DNA of 64,000 nt from the sequence record MF360958.1. One strand, given 5' to 3'. This document shows positions 9,172 through 19,291 of this stretch, in pieces. Position 1 is the first letter of the stretch. Every line of letters begins with the position of its first letter. Both the position numbers and the translations under genes were made by a program. The notes below the pieces were generated by a model, which did not search any database, was not told the DNA's origin, and saw only the letters and a list, made by a program, of their open reading frames with translations.

Positions 9172-10533
9172 TTAAAATTTCAATTTCTTTTGAAGATCAT
9201 GTAAATCTTTAAGATATAATTGGGTACTATCTGCTTTTTTCCATTCAGCCAATTCACTTTTCTTCTCGGATAAAGTATTGTTATATCGTTCTAGGCTGTC
9301 CGTTGTTAAACTATAAATCGGCATTGAAATTAACTTTTCAATCATATCTTCTTTATAATTTTTAGTACGAAGAAGTTCAACCAATTCTGATCTTTTTTTA
9401 TCACCTACTTTAATCTTGCCTTTGATAACTTCATCAATAAATCGGATTCTCTCATTAATACTATCAATATCTTCTGTTAAGCGGTCAATATTAAATTGAA
9501 TTCTCTTATCATAAAAATATAATCTGAAATCGCAAAATTGACGGATTATTCCTTTCTCGTCATCAAATGTAGCAATTTTCATAGAATCAGCAGCAGCTTC
9601 ATCTGTAATATTGTTCATGTCATCCACTACACAAAATGTTTCAGATAACGATTTTGTAAGCTTTAGATCTTTCATAAGCCTATCATTGTCAACTGAATCT
9701 ATATAATTTTTATCAAATCGTACTTTAATATCAAATAAACTATCTGAATCGTCCGTATAAGACTTAATATGTCCTTTTTCTACTAATTTATCCAAATGTT
9801 CAATATATTTTTCATGTTTTTCGCCAATAGGAACTTCCGTTATACGGTAATCGGTATTTTTAACATGCTCGATAATACCTGAACATATATACTTGTTTTT
9901 CTGTGTTTCTTTAAAATCACCATTAAAGTCAAAAACTTTCGGTTTTAACTTATGAAAATTCTTCCCTTCAAGATGATTAATACAAGCGCGTGTAATATCT
10001 TTAGGGGAACGAGGTAAAATATTCGTATAAAACCCTACTGATACACCACTTACACCATTAACCAACACCATAGGAATGATAGGAAGATAGTAAAATGGTT
10101 CTGGATGGTCATCTTCATCTAATGATTTTGGAGTAATATCATTATCCTTAAAATAAAGATGGAATTCATCATGTAATTTTGCAAAAATATAGCGAGATGC
10201 ACCAGCAATTGGAACTAATCGAGTTCCAAACGTTCCGTTGCCTTTTAATAACATAGCGTTTTGATTGAATGGCTGAGCCATTTTTACAATAGCTTCTTCA
10301 GCAGGTACGTTTCCATGATGATATGCAGCAACACTTGGAAGTAAGCCTGCTAAAGATGATACCTTCTTAAAATTGTTTTGTGCTTCCTTTAATGCACAAA
10401 ATATAATCTTTCTCTGTACTGGTTTAAAACCATCTACGATACTAGGGATTGCTCGGTTATTGTTTGTATGAATGGAATATTCACGATAATATATGTTGAT
10501 ATAATCAGAAATTTTCATAGTATTTTGAGTCAT
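9172..10533 (-). CDS. gp52: Type II DNA topoisomerase, GyrA/ParC-like subunit (gp52-like)
   Basis: RAIPSIVDGFKPVQRKI, YHHG, GTFG...ASRY (catalytic Tyr), P.FYLPIIPMVLVNG. Confidence 0.95.
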   Translation of the reverse strand: MTQNTMKISDYINIYYREYSIHTNNNRAIPSIVDGFKPVQRKIIFCALKEAQNNFKKVSSLAGLLPSVAAYHHGNVPAEEAIVKMAQPFNQNAMLLKGNGTFGTRLVPIAGASRYIFAKLHDEFHLYFKDNDITPKSLDEDDHPEPFYYLPIIPMVLVNGVSGVSVGFYTNILPRSPKDITRACINHLEGKNFHKLKPKVFDFNGDFKETQKNKYICSGIIEHVKNTDYRITEVPIGEKHEKYIEHLDKLVEKGHIKSYTDDSDSLFDIKVRFDKNYIDSVDNDRLMKDLKLTKSLSETFCVVDDMNNITDEAAADSMKIATFDDEKGIIRQFCDFRLYFYDKRIQFNIDRLTEDIDSINERIRFIDEVIKGKIKVGDKKRSELVELLRTKNYKEDMIEKLISMPIYSLTTDSLERYNNTLSEKKSELAEWKKADSTQLYLKDLHDLQKKLKF

Positions 10534-10568
10534 ATAGTTATTACCTATAGTTTGTATATTTTTAGTTA

Positions 10569-12416
10569 TTAATTAGAAAGCCAATCTTTACGTGGTTCAA
10601 TATCTTCACCGAAAGCAATATTAAGATACTTTTCGGAATTATCATCATCTTCAACAAGACTTAAACATGGATTATTAATTAAGTATTCTTTATAATCATT
10701 TTCATCCATTGAACCAAGACCTTTTATATAATTAACTTTTTCACCTTTTTTGACGGTATAATTGCGATAATCTTCTAGACGATAAAAAGATTTTACCTTC
10801 TTTCCATTTTTAGTAATTTCAATAATAGGCGTGAACAAGATATATACCATCTTCCTTTCAAAAAGCTCAGGCCAGAATTTAAGAAAGTTGATAACTTGTG
10901 CTGTAATACAATATCCATCAATATCCGCATCGGCAGTAATATAAATTTTACTATATGGCATCTTCTTAGGGGCTGATTCGCCAATTGTTAAGCCTAAAAT
11001 ACTCATTATATCTTTACATTCATTATTTTCAACAATTTCCATTTCTTTTTTACGTCTTACGTTTATCAGCTTACCTTTTAGCGGATAGATACCATGATAT
11101 TTTTTATCTCGAACTGACATAAATGGTCCTTTTGCGCTATCGCCCTCAACAAGATAAAGAATATTTCTGGCATAATCTTTACTATTAGGAGCAATATGCT
11201 TTGGAATATTACGCTTATGCGCTTTTTTCTGTTCTTGTTTTAACTTTCGTTTATTTGCTTGTTCAATTTTCATCAACTGATTTTCGATCATTGGCATGAT
11301 TAGTTCTTCAGTGTTTACAATTTTCTTTGCCAACTTTTCAAAATCAAATCCAGCAAAATAGTCTTCAACTTCTTTACGTGTGTTTTTAAGACTTTCCTTT
11401 GTTTGACTTTCAGATTTAAAATTTGAAAAGTTCTTCATAAACACAATAGGGAAAACATGATTTTTTAATTGAGTAGTAGTAATATCCACTTTATGCTTTT
11501 TCTTTACAATAGGCTTTATATAATCACCAACTTGCTTGATGATGTAATCAATATGCGTACCACCATTGGGCGTATTCAGACCATTCACTACAGAGATGAA
11601 TTGAAACTCTTCATCATTATTTTGAGCAAAAGCAACAAACACATCCTCTTGTTGATGATATACATACTTTTTATCGAATGTATCTACATACTGTTTAGTA
11701 TTTTGATATTTAATACTTTCGCCGTTGAAAGTAAATTTAATTTGTGGATATAAAGCTGCCAACTTATGTAAACGATCCTCGATAACATTGATATGATTTT
11801 CATCAAATTGAGTTATATTATCAAATCGCTGGAAATCAGGCTCAAAATATACAGTTGTATATTGCTTACTACTACGACCTACTGTTTCTGATTTTTGTTG
11901 ATTATTGTCAAGACTTATAACTTTAATTTTCTTTTTCCCGTCAGCCGTTTCACCTTCAAATCGCTTTGAGAAAATACAAGCAGCTGTAGCACCTATACCA
12001 TGCATTCCAATTGTTTTACGTTCACTTTTACTATCATCGCTAAAGTTCGTCCCAGCATTAGTAAAAGTCCATGCGAGAACCGGATTCCACACATCATTTC
12101 CATCTTTATCTTTTACTTTAACCACAGGCATTCCAGTTCCATTATCTTTGACTTTTACATATGACGAACTCATTTCTATATCAATTTTATTAGCATACTG
12201 GAAATTTGTTTTTATTGCCACATCCACTGCGTTATCAATAATTTCATTAACACATTTTAACAAACCCGGAATGTATTCAATATCTTTATTTTCATTGAAT
12301 ACATATTGGCGAAATGTTTCTTTGGATGTTGAACCAAGATACATATTAGGTCTTTGAAGAACATGCTGTTCTGGGCTGAGATGTTGAGAGATTTGTGATT
12401 GGTAGTTACTTGTCAT
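10569..12416 (-). CDS. gp39: Type II DNA topoisomerase, GyrB/ParE-like subunit (gp39+gp60 fused)
   Basis: HVLQRPNMYLGS, EIIDNAVD, DNGTGMP, GMHGIGA GHKL motifs; TOPRIM EGDSA, PLKGK, DAD.DG, KGLGS. Confidence 0.95.
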   Translation of the reverse strand: MTSNYQSQISQHLSPEQHVLQRPNMYLGSTSKETFRQYVFNENKDIEYIPGLLKCVNEIIDNAVDVAIKTNFQYANKIDIEMSSSYVKVKDNGTGMPVVKVKDKDGNDVWNPVLAWTFTNAGTNFSDDSKSERKTIGMHGIGATAACIFSKRFEGETADGKKKIKVISLDNNQQKSETVGRSSKQYTTVYFEPDFQRFDNITQFDENHINVIEDRLHKLAALYPQIKFTFNGESIKYQNTKQYVDTFDKKYVYHQQEDVFVAFAQNNDEEFQFISVVNGLNTPNGGTHIDYIIKQVGDYIKPIVKKKHKVDITTTQLKNHVFPIVFMKNFSNFKSESQTKESLKNTRKEVEDYFAGFDFEKLAKKIVNTEELIMPMIENQLMKIEQANKRKLKQEQKKAHKRNIPKHIAPNSKDYARNILYLVEGDSAKGPFMSVRDKKYHGIYPLKGKLINVRRKKEMEIVENNECKDIMSILGLTIGESAPKKMPYSKIYITADADIDGYCITAQVINFLKFWPELFERKMVYILFTPIIEITKNGKKVKSFYRLEDYRNYTVKKGEKVNYIKGLGSMDENDYKEYLINNPCLSLVEDDDNSEKYLNIAFGEDIEPRKDWLSN

Positions 12417-12449
12417 AATTATATTTTATCCATTTAATTGTTCTAATAA

Positions 12450-12914
12450 TTAAGGTTTTAATTTAATAGATTGCAGATTGAATTGAACTTTATCAGAAAT
12501 AGAACATTGGTCAAACAATGGAACTCCATACCATGATAATGAATTAAAATCATCATAATATACTTTTGCATTAGGTTTACATTCAAGTTCAATAATATTA
12601 TCTTGAAAATGAAAATAAAGAAAATCTTTCATTTTCCTTTGAGGTTTATTTTTTTCATTATTATCTAATAATACTATGCTGTTTTTTACAAGATCTATAT
12701 GTACATAATTTTTATTATCGGTTGCTAACCCTATTAAATAAGAATCTCTATCAATAACCTCTAATTTATCAATATCTATATTTTTTTCATAATTCGTTAT
12801 AATTCCTTTTTCAATTTCAAAATAATATACATCACTATGATATGATGCTACATTAATATTATGTAAATCTTGAAATGTTGTTTTTGAAAATGAACTAAAA
12901 ATTGAACTGTTCAT
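12450..12914 (-). CDS. Hypothetical protein
   Basis: 154-aa ORF packed between uvsY and the topoisomerase gene. Confidence 0.6.
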   Translation of the reverse strand: MNSSIFSSFSKTTFQDLHNINVASYHSDVYYFEIEKGIITNYEKNIDIDKLEVIDRDSYLIGLATDNKNYVHIDLVKNSIVLLDNNEKNKPQRKMKDFLYFHFQDNIIELECKPNAKVYYDDFNSLSWYGVPLFDQCSISDKVQFNLQSIKLKP

Positions 12915-12938
12915 ATTAACCTCGTAAAATATTATTTA

Positions 12939-13409
12939 TTAATTATCTTCAAGTCCTAAATCTGCATCATCTAGTCCTGCAACCTTCATTTTAACTATAT
13001 TTGTTAATTGATAATGCTTAATTTCGAGCGATTTTGTTATTGAAGCAAACTTATTTTTAAGTAATTCAATTCTATTTAACTTATACAAAAGTTCAATAAC
13101 TTCTGTCTCACCATCAATATATTTTTCAACATCACGTGATGTTAATGATCTTTGGTAGTTTTCAAGATATTTTTTATAATACTTAGAACGTACCTTTTTT
13201 AGGTTAATTGAGAAATATTCATATATAGCATCAATCTCTTGATATTGAGCAAATCGAGTGTCTGTTATTGATGGCATCATTCGAGCTTGCTTTTCCACAA
13301 ATCCTGTAATTTTAATCTCTTTACGCGCTTGCTCTAATTCATTTTCATATTCTTCAATAAAATCGTCCAATTTATCTTCATCATTTTTAATTGTCTCAAG
13401 CCAATTCAT
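12939..13409 (-). CDS. uvsY: UvsY recombination mediator (start revised to ATG 13409)
   Basis: KYYKKYLENYQRSLTSRDVEKYIDGE...K.L..K.Y.L.NIVKM..AG pattern; GGAG RBS before MNWLE. Confidence 0.8.
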   Translation of the reverse strand: MNWLETIKNDEDKLDDFIEEYENELEQARKEIKITGFVEKQARMMPSITDTRFAQYQEIDAIYEYFSINLKKVRSKYYKKYLENYQRSLTSRDVEKYIDGETEVIELLYKLNRIELLKNKFASITKSLEIKHYQLTNIVKMKVAGLDDADLGLEDN

Positions 13410-13704
13410 AATTATTTGTTCTCCAAAATTGTTCACTTAACTGTACTATGAAAGTATTTATTGTCAATGTTCAGCGGTAATTTATTAATAGAATTGTTCT
13501 AATAGTAATTACAAAAGTCTAACCTTTCTCCTTATTATCCTAATAAGAATAAGTAAGAGTTTTTAGTAAAGTTAAATAGTAATAAATTAGTACTATATAT
13601 GGATGTAAATAAAATTTACTTATATGTACTTATGAATGACAATGAATAAGTACATCATTATTAATGAATACTATAAGTAGCTAATAAATATAGCTAAATT
13701 ATAA

Positions 13705-13752
13705 TTCTGTGACTTTGCGTCACAGAAGCGGTTTTATTAACATAAAACCGCT
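13705..13752. other. Two abutting perfect hairpins in a roughly 460-bp intergenic region
   Basis: TTCTGTGAC-TTTGC-GTCACAGAA (13705-13727) and AGCGGTTTTAT-TAAC-ATAAAACCGCT (13727-13752). Confidence 0.8.
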
Positions 13753-13794
13753 ATAACTATGCTTAACGTCCTGTTTTGATTTAAAGATGGATTT

Positions 13795-13839
13795 TATAAA
13801 TACATTGGCATTGACAGGAATTATATATAGTATTAGTAT
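13795..13839 (+). promoter_or_regulatory. Tandem late (TATAAATA) and sigma70-like (TTGACA-N17-TAGTAT) promoters
   Basis: TATAAATA 13795-13802; TTGACA 13811-13816; TAGTAT 13834-13839. Confidence 0.55.
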
Positions 13840-13905
13840 ATAACTCGTTGATCACATTACGAATTTTATAATTCCATTTATTTAAGGAATAAGGCAAAAA
13901 CCCCT

Positions 13906-14298
13906 ATGAGTTTATCAAGTGAATATATTAAATTCGCCCAGCTATCTTTTAACACCGAAACCAATAAACTTATTATTCATATAACAAAAACCAATGACAC
14001 CACATTTAGTTTAGAAATACCAGAACCAAAAGATTCACTATTCAATACAATGATTAATTTAGTAAAAATGTCTATTAGTTCTATAAACAGCAACAAAGAG
14101 CAATATTCAGAAGATCAACTTTTTGAAAGTGAATTAACACAAGAGCAATATATACAAGCCCTCCAAATAAATGAATTTTCAAATATTCAATGGGAAACAA
14201 CTTCATCAATGAATGATACTCAACGTGATGTAGATAGTATTACCGTTAAATCATTAAATGATTATACAGTTAATGAATCTTCGCAGCATTTTTATTGA
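13906..14298 (+). CDS. Hypothetical protein
   Basis: 130-aa ORF downstream of promoters. Confidence 0.6.
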   Translation: MSLSSEYIKFAQLSFNTETNKLIIHITKTNDTTFSLEIPEPKDSLFNTMINLVKMSISSINSNKEQYSEDQLFESELTQEQYIQALQINEFSNIQWETTSSMNDTQRDVDSITVKSLNDYTVNESSQHFY

Positions 14299-14336
14299 AA
14301 TAAATTGCATAAATACAATTAGATATTAATTAGAGT

Positions 14337-15053
14337 TTGGATAATATAATGAAATTTGATCAATTAACAGATGGATTACTTGAAATATTAAATTCTTTTG
14401 ATTATAGTTATACGCTATTTGATGAAGACGGAAATAAAACATCTAATCCGTATAATACACGATACATTTATGTAGACCGTCCTAATATGATGTTTATATT
14501 AGATCATTCTAATAATCGTGTTGAATTTCATAAATCTAATTTTAATTTTAAAACATTCAAAAAAATATTAAATGTGGTACGTCGATATAGTCTTGAATTT
14601 TTTATTGATCTAGTTGTCTCAAATTATAATCAAACTTTCAAACCTAAAGATTTTTCAAAAGACATTATGCGTCGTCGATATAATTTAAATCGTGAAATGG
14701 ATGCTGTTTCTGAAAATTATAAGTCTAAAACGTCTAATAAAAAGCTGCTTTCTGAATCGCATGATGGTATTACTATATATCACAAACTTGATAAAGAAGG
14801 ATTCTACAAAAGTTCTTTTATAAAAATGTTTTCAGAAACTATAAATATTAATGGTGCTAATGATAATGATTTATATTTTTTTATAGAGTCCGCTAAAAGA
14901 AATGAATTAAGCAATAAACTTGTTGAGCGAGTAATCAATGCTCGTCAGGTTTATTATCGTTTAGATGAAAAATCTAAACAGGGACTTCTGGATAGTAAAG
15001 AGAGAGAATTGTACAAGAAGTCACATGCTTTAGTTAAGAAACTTGATAAATAA
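14337..15053 (+). CDS. Hypothetical protein (possible start ATG 14349)
   Basis: CATAAATA late-like box at 14308-14315; LFDEDGN motif; no function recognised. Confidence 0.65.
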   Translation: MDNIMKFDQLTDGLLEILNSFDYSYTLFDEDGNKTSNPYNTRYIYVDRPNMMFILDHSNNRVEFHKSNFNFKTFKKILNVVRRYSLEFFIDLVVSNYNQTFKPKDFSKDIMRRRYNLNREMDAVSENYKSKTSNKKLLSESHDGITIYHKLDKEGFYKSSFIKMFSETININGANDNDLYFFIESAKRNELSNKLVERVINARQVYYRLDEKSKQGLLDSKERELYKKSHALVKKLDK

Positions 15054-15161
15054 GTTTACATAAGTACTTGACAATGCTCTTAAAATCTATAAACTATAAA
15101 TAACTTGATTGTTAAACAATCATACAAATAACTATTACGAACTCAAAGAGAGCTAAAAATT

Positions 15162-15533
15162 ATGTTTCAAGAAACTACGGTGTATAAAAGCTATTCTCAT
15201 GATCTCGAATCAAAAGCTAAACAAGCAATTGATGAAGGATCATTCGATTTTTTCCTGCGAACACTCTCTCAGCAGAAATACCATCCTCGTAACATTAACC
15301 AATTTACAGAAAAACGGTTTGAAATTGCTTACATTTTAAGTGATATGGCTGTTTTATGTGATAATGACAATGTTGCTAATTATGTAGCAGCAATTGCCAA
15401 TAAAATTCGTGATGATTCAGACAATCTTACAGAAGATGAACAGGAATATATGTCACGATTTATTAGTAAAGGTAGAGACAAATATAGTAAAACCGATTAT
15501 GTAGATCTTATCTCTATGGAAGATTCTGATTGA
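15162..15533 (+). CDS. Hypothetical protein
   Basis: 123-aa ORF, TATAAATA at 15095-15102 upstream. Confidence 0.65.
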   Translation: MFQETTVYKSYSHDLESKAKQAIDEGSFDFFLRTLSQQKYHPRNINQFTEKRFEIAYILSDMAVLCDNDNVANYVAAIANKIRDDSDNLTEDEQEYMSRFISKGRDKYSKTDYVDLISMEDSD

Positions 15534-15617
15534 AAGTTAAACCAAACTATTAAAACCATTAAATTGTTACGTTATAACATAACTAACAAAGCTATTATAA
15601 AAATGAGGTAAACAACT

Positions 15618-16628
15618 ATGGATGAACTCGATAAGCTCCGTCAAAAACTACAAAACAATCCTGCGAACCAAGAAGGCCAACGCCAAAACAACAGCAATGG
15701 TCTATATCCATTCTGGAATACACCAGTTGATACAACTGTTACATTACGTTTTCTACCTGATGCAGATGAAGATAACATTATGTTCTGGCGTGAACGTCAA
15801 ATCATTTCTATCCCTTTTGCAAGTGTTGAAGGTCATCCTGAAATGGAGGATGTGATTGTTCAAGTACCATGTGTAAAGATGTATGGTAAGAATGAAAAAT
15901 GTCCTATCAATGAAGAAACGAAAGCGTGGTGGAAAACTGATAAAGAAGATTATGCGCGTCGTTATTGGCCCAAGAAAACTTATCTTTATCAAGGATTTGT
16001 GCGTTCTTCAGGATTTGATGAAGAAAATCCTCCTGAAAATCCAATTCGCCGTTTTGTAATGAATAAAAACATTCATTCCATGATCGAAGCATCCATTCTC
16101 GATCCAGAGATGGAACATATGCCTACAGATTATGATAACGGTACGGATTTTAAAATTGTAAAACGTCAAGGTCCAAAATATGCGGATTACAGTACATCGT
16201 CTTTCGCACGTAAAGAATCACCACTAACTGATGATGAGCGCAAGGCAATTGACGAGTTTGGCCTTTATGATCTTGGATCATTCCTACCTAAGCGTCCTAC
16301 AGAAGACGAACTCAATGTGATGTATCAAATGTTTGTTGAATCACTAAAAGATTCTCAGTCTGTATTCCGTCTGGAATGGGCAAACTATTATCGCCCTCGT
16401 GGTGTAGATCTTGATATGAGCAAAGTTCCAAACGCTGGTGCTAGTGAATCTCTGAAAGGCAATGAGTCTGTTGCTAACGTCACAACAGAATCCACTCAAA
16501 AGTCTGAACCAGAACCTGAGCCAGAACCTGAACCTGCTCAAAAGGCTCCTGAGCCTGAAGCTGATAATGGCGGTGGTAGTGATACAGACGATATTGTAGC
16601 ACAACTTAAAAATAGAATTAATAAGTAA
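15618..16628 (+). CDS. gp32: Single-stranded DNA-binding protein, gp32-like
   Basis: YPFWN...LRFLPD, VQVPC..MYG..CPI, YW.KK.YLYQGFV, YADYSTS.F; acidic EP-repeat C-terminal tail. Confidence 0.9.
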   Translation: MDELDKLRQKLQNNPANQEGQRQNNSNGLYPFWNTPVDTTVTLRFLPDADEDNIMFWRERQIISIPFASVEGHPEMEDVIVQVPCVKMYGKNEKCPINEETKAWWKTDKEDYARRYWPKKTYLYQGFVRSSGFDEENPPENPIRRFVMNKNIHSMIEASILDPEMEHMPTDYDNGTDFKIVKRQGPKYADYSTSSFARKESPLTDDERKAIDEFGLYDLGSFLPKRPTEDELNVMYQMFVESLKDSQSVFRLEWANYYRPRGVDLDMSKVPNAGASESLKGNESVANVTTESTQKSEPEPEPEPEPAQKAPEPEADNGGGSDTDDIVAQLKNRINK

Positions 16629-16643
16629 TTAAGAGAAAAGAAT

Positions 16644-16669
16644 AATATCCCCACGACTGTGGGGATATT
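16644..16669 (+). terminator. Hairpin/terminator between gp32 and uvsX
   Basis: AATATCCCCAC-GACT-GTGGGGATATT followed by TT and the uvsX GGAGG RBS. Confidence 0.7.
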
Positions 16670-16684
16670 TTGGAGGATTTTATT

Positions 16685-18655
16685 ATGAGAAAACCAGTCG
16701 ATATGACAAAGTTTGCATCGTCTGTGACAAAGAAAATGAATGTAAGTCACGGCTTTAATGATCCGCATGTATGGATCAGTACCGGAAATTTCATTCTCAA
16801 TTATCTTATTTCAGGCGATTTTAATAAAGGTGTACCTTTAAGCAAAGTAACAATGTTTGCCGGAGATAGTGGGTGTTTACCAGAAGATGCTATTGTAAAT
16901 GTCCGGTTTTGCAAGAAAAATTTATTTGTAAAGAACCATGCAAAACAAATGACTGTAAAAGAACTTAAAGAACTATATAATTCAGGAGAATATGATATAG
17001 AACTGGAAACACCCGATGGTTGGCAATCTGTTACTGAGTGGTTTGATAAAGGCTTACTTGATATGGTAACTATTCAAACTGAAAATTTTTCCACTAGATG
17101 CGCTGTAAATCATCTTATTCAAAATTCTAATGATGAATGGATAAAAGCTGAAAACCTTAACGTTGGTGATAAGATACAAACGGTTATAGGTGTTGAAGAA
17201 GTTTGTAGTGTAGAATTAATGAATGAAAAAGAAAATTGTTATGACTTCACAATAGACCATCCAAATCATCGTTATTTTGGCGACGGTATTGTTTCCCACA
17301 ATAGCGGTAAATCGTTCATCGCTTCCGGTAAAATTGTTAAGAACTGTCAGGATCGCGGCATTATGCCCGTTATTTTTGATTCTGAAAACGCTTTGGATGA
17401 ACAATGGCTTAAAGACCTTGGGGTAGATACCGATCCTGAAAAACTTCTTCGTTTCCAAGTGTCTATGATTAATGATGTTGGGAAGATCATGTCTGAATTC
17501 ATTGAAATGTATCGTAAAGAATACATGGACCTTCCTAAAGAAGAACAGCCATGTTTCATGTTTATTGTGGATTCTCTTGGTATGCTTCTTACTGAAACAG
17601 ATGTTGATCAATTCGACAAAGGCGACATGAAAGGTGATATGGGTCGCAAACCTAAACAACTTAACGCACTTGTACGTAATGTAGTTAACCAAGTTGCTGA
17701 TAAAAATATTGGTGTTGTATTCACAAACCATACATATGCATCTCAGGATATATTTGACCCGGACGATAAGATAAGTGGTGGTTGTCTTGTAGCAGATACC
17801 GATATTCTCACGGATAATGGTATAAAATCTATTCAAGATTTTGAAGTAGGAGATAAAGTTCTTTCTAGTGATGGTCAATATCATGATGTAATTCAAACTT
17901 GGCATTATCAGAAAGAAACTTATGAAATAGAACTCGAAGATGGAACTGTATTTGAATGTTCTCCTGAACATAAGTTTCTTGTAAAAGATGATAATAATGA
18001 ACAAGTTTGGAAAGAGATTCAGATAATGTCAGAAAATGATGTTGTTTATACCTATTCTGAAAATAAATTAGTTTTAAAAGTAAAATCTATAACAAAAACT
18101 AATAATATTAAAGATGTCTATGATATTCAAGTTGAAGATACTGGCGAGTATATACTTGCAGATAATAACGTTGTAAGTCATAACTCAGGACAAATTTTCG
18201 CCTCATCTATTGTAGTAGCTTCTAAAAAACTTAAACTTAAAACCGACGATGAAGGTAATAAGACAAGTGAGGTAAATGGTATACGTTCAATGGTTAAAAT
18301 CATGAAGTCTCGTTACGGACGTGCTTATGAAACTGCGAAGTTGAATATTCGTTTCGATAGTGGTCTTGAACCTTATTCTGGTTGTCTTGATTATTTTGAA
18401 AAATTAGGTGTTATTCAACAAGTAGGTAATAAACTACAATATATTGATAAAGATGGTAATGAACATAAACAATTCCGTAAAAAGTTTGAAGCTGATCATG
18501 ATCTTCTTCAAAAAATTATTGATGAATGGGATTATGATAAGTATCGTCTTATTTCTTCAGAACAAGTAGAAAATTCATCTGGTCTAGTTACTGATCAAGA
18601 AAAGGAAGAACTTAAACAAGATAGTGAAGAAAAACCAGAAGATGATAATAGTTAA
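16685..18655 (+). CDS. uvsX: UvsX/RecA recombinase precursor with two inteins (about 379 aa after splicing)
   Basis: WISTGN..LNYLISG, Walker A GDSG|SGKS, FDSENALD, VDSLG, GDMGRK, FTNHTY, SS.VV; start revised to ATG 16685 after GGAGG. Confidence 0.93.
   Translation: MRKPVDMTKFASSVTKKMNVSHGFNDPHVWISTGNFILNYLISGDFNKGVPLSKVTMFAGDSGCLPEDAIVNVRFCKKNLFVKNHAKQMTVKELKELYNSGEYDIELETPDGWQSVTEWFDKGLLDMVTIQTENFSTRCAVNHLIQNSNDEWIKAENLNVGDKIQTVIGVEEVCSVELMNEKENCYDFTIDHPNHRYFGDGIVSHNSGKSFIASGKIVKNCQDRGIMPVIFDSENALDEQWLKDLGVDTDPEKLLRFQVSMINDVGKIMSEFIEMYRKEYMDLPKEEQPCFMFIVDSLGMLLTETDVDQFDKGDMKGDMGRKPKQLNALVRNVVNQVADKNIGVVFTNHTYASQDIFDPDDKISGGCLVADTDILTDNGIKSIQDFEVGDKVLSSDGQYHDVIQTWHYQKETYEIELEDGTVFECSPEHKFLVKDDNNEQVWKEIQIMSENDVVYTYSENKLVLKVKSITKTNNIKDVYDIQVEDTGEYILADNNVVSHNSGQIFASSIVVASKKLKLKTDDEGNKTSEVNGIRSMVKIMKSRYGRAYETAKLNIRFDSGLEPYSGCLDYFEKLGVIQQVGNKLQYIDKDGNEHKQFRKKFEADHDLLQKIIDEWDYDKYRLISSEQVENSSGLVTDQEKEELKQDSEEKPEDDNS
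16874..17302 (+). mobile_element. Mini-intein 1 in UvsX (143 aa), inside the Walker A loop
   Basis: Starts CLPEDA, block B RCAVNH, ends GIVSHN followed by Ser; no endonuclease domain. Confidence 0.92.
17783..18184 (+). mobile_element. Mini-intein 2 in UvsX (134 aa), at the SGG|SGQ (loop L2) site
   Basis: Starts CLVADT, block B CSPEHKF, ends NVVSHN followed by Ser. Confidence 0.92.
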
Positions 18656-18682
18656 CAAATAAGCTATATTGTTAGTTATTTT

Positions 18683-18710
18683 AAGAGCAACCATTTGGTT
18701 GCTCTTTTTT
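18683..18710 (+). terminator. Rho-independent terminator after uvsX
   Basis: AAGAGCAACC-ATTT-GGTTGCTCTT plus T run. Confidence 0.8.
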
Positions 18711-18753
18711 ATTGATTATGATAAGTTTATAGAAAATAAAAAGGTATAAAGCA

Positions 18754-19290
18754 ATGGTTATGTCAACAAAAGAACTTAATGAATCCATGGATGATTTTAA
18801 AGCGTCTATACTGGTACAAGATCCTATATTAATCGCTAATTATGAAAATGAATTAGATGAACAATTATTATATAATGTTATCCAAATAGATCCTAAACTA
18901 ATCAAATTCATGAAATATCCAAATCAAGAATTACAGAGAAAAGCTTTAACTGGACAAAATATTTCAGAATTTACTATTAACTATATCAATAATCCTACTG
19001 AAGATATCATTAAAGAATGTATAGATTATGATCCTTATAATTCATTATTGTATATAAAAAACATCCCTGAGCATCTTTTAGAATACGCGATAATGAATCA
19101 TCCTGTACTATTAGAGTTGATACGTCATCCATCTGATAAATTGCAATTATTATCTTTAGAATATTTTTGGTCAAGTAAATGGTATAGCCGTATTCTTTCA
19201 AGTTATGAACGAAGTAGTGATACTAAGTTTCACAATGAAATTAAAAAATTAAAATTAACCAAAGGCCCAATGAAGTTTGGAGATATATAG
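18754..19290 (+). CDS. Helical-repeat protein, KLKL-tail family member 1
   Basis: DP..I..I.NP.E repeats (DUF4116-like); C-terminal W...Y...FHNEIKKLKLTKGP. Confidence 0.75.
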   Translation: MVMSTKELNESMDDFKASILVQDPILIANYENELDEQLLYNVIQIDPKLIKFMKYPNQELQRKALTGQNISEFTINYINNPTEDIIKECIDYDPYNSLLYIKNIPEHLLEYAIMNHPVLLELIRHPSDKLQLLSLEYFWSSKWYSRILSSYERSSDTKFHNEIKKLKLTKGPMKFGDI

Positions 19291-19291
19291 T

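Noticed and set aside
10569-12416. T4 gene 60-style ribosomal bypass or split topoisomerase
   Set aside because: The GHKL and TOPRIM parts are in one continuous ORF
16500-16560. EPEPEP repeat in gp32 as a mobile or regulatory repeat
   Set aside because: Degenerate low-complexity linker in the expected acidic SSB tail
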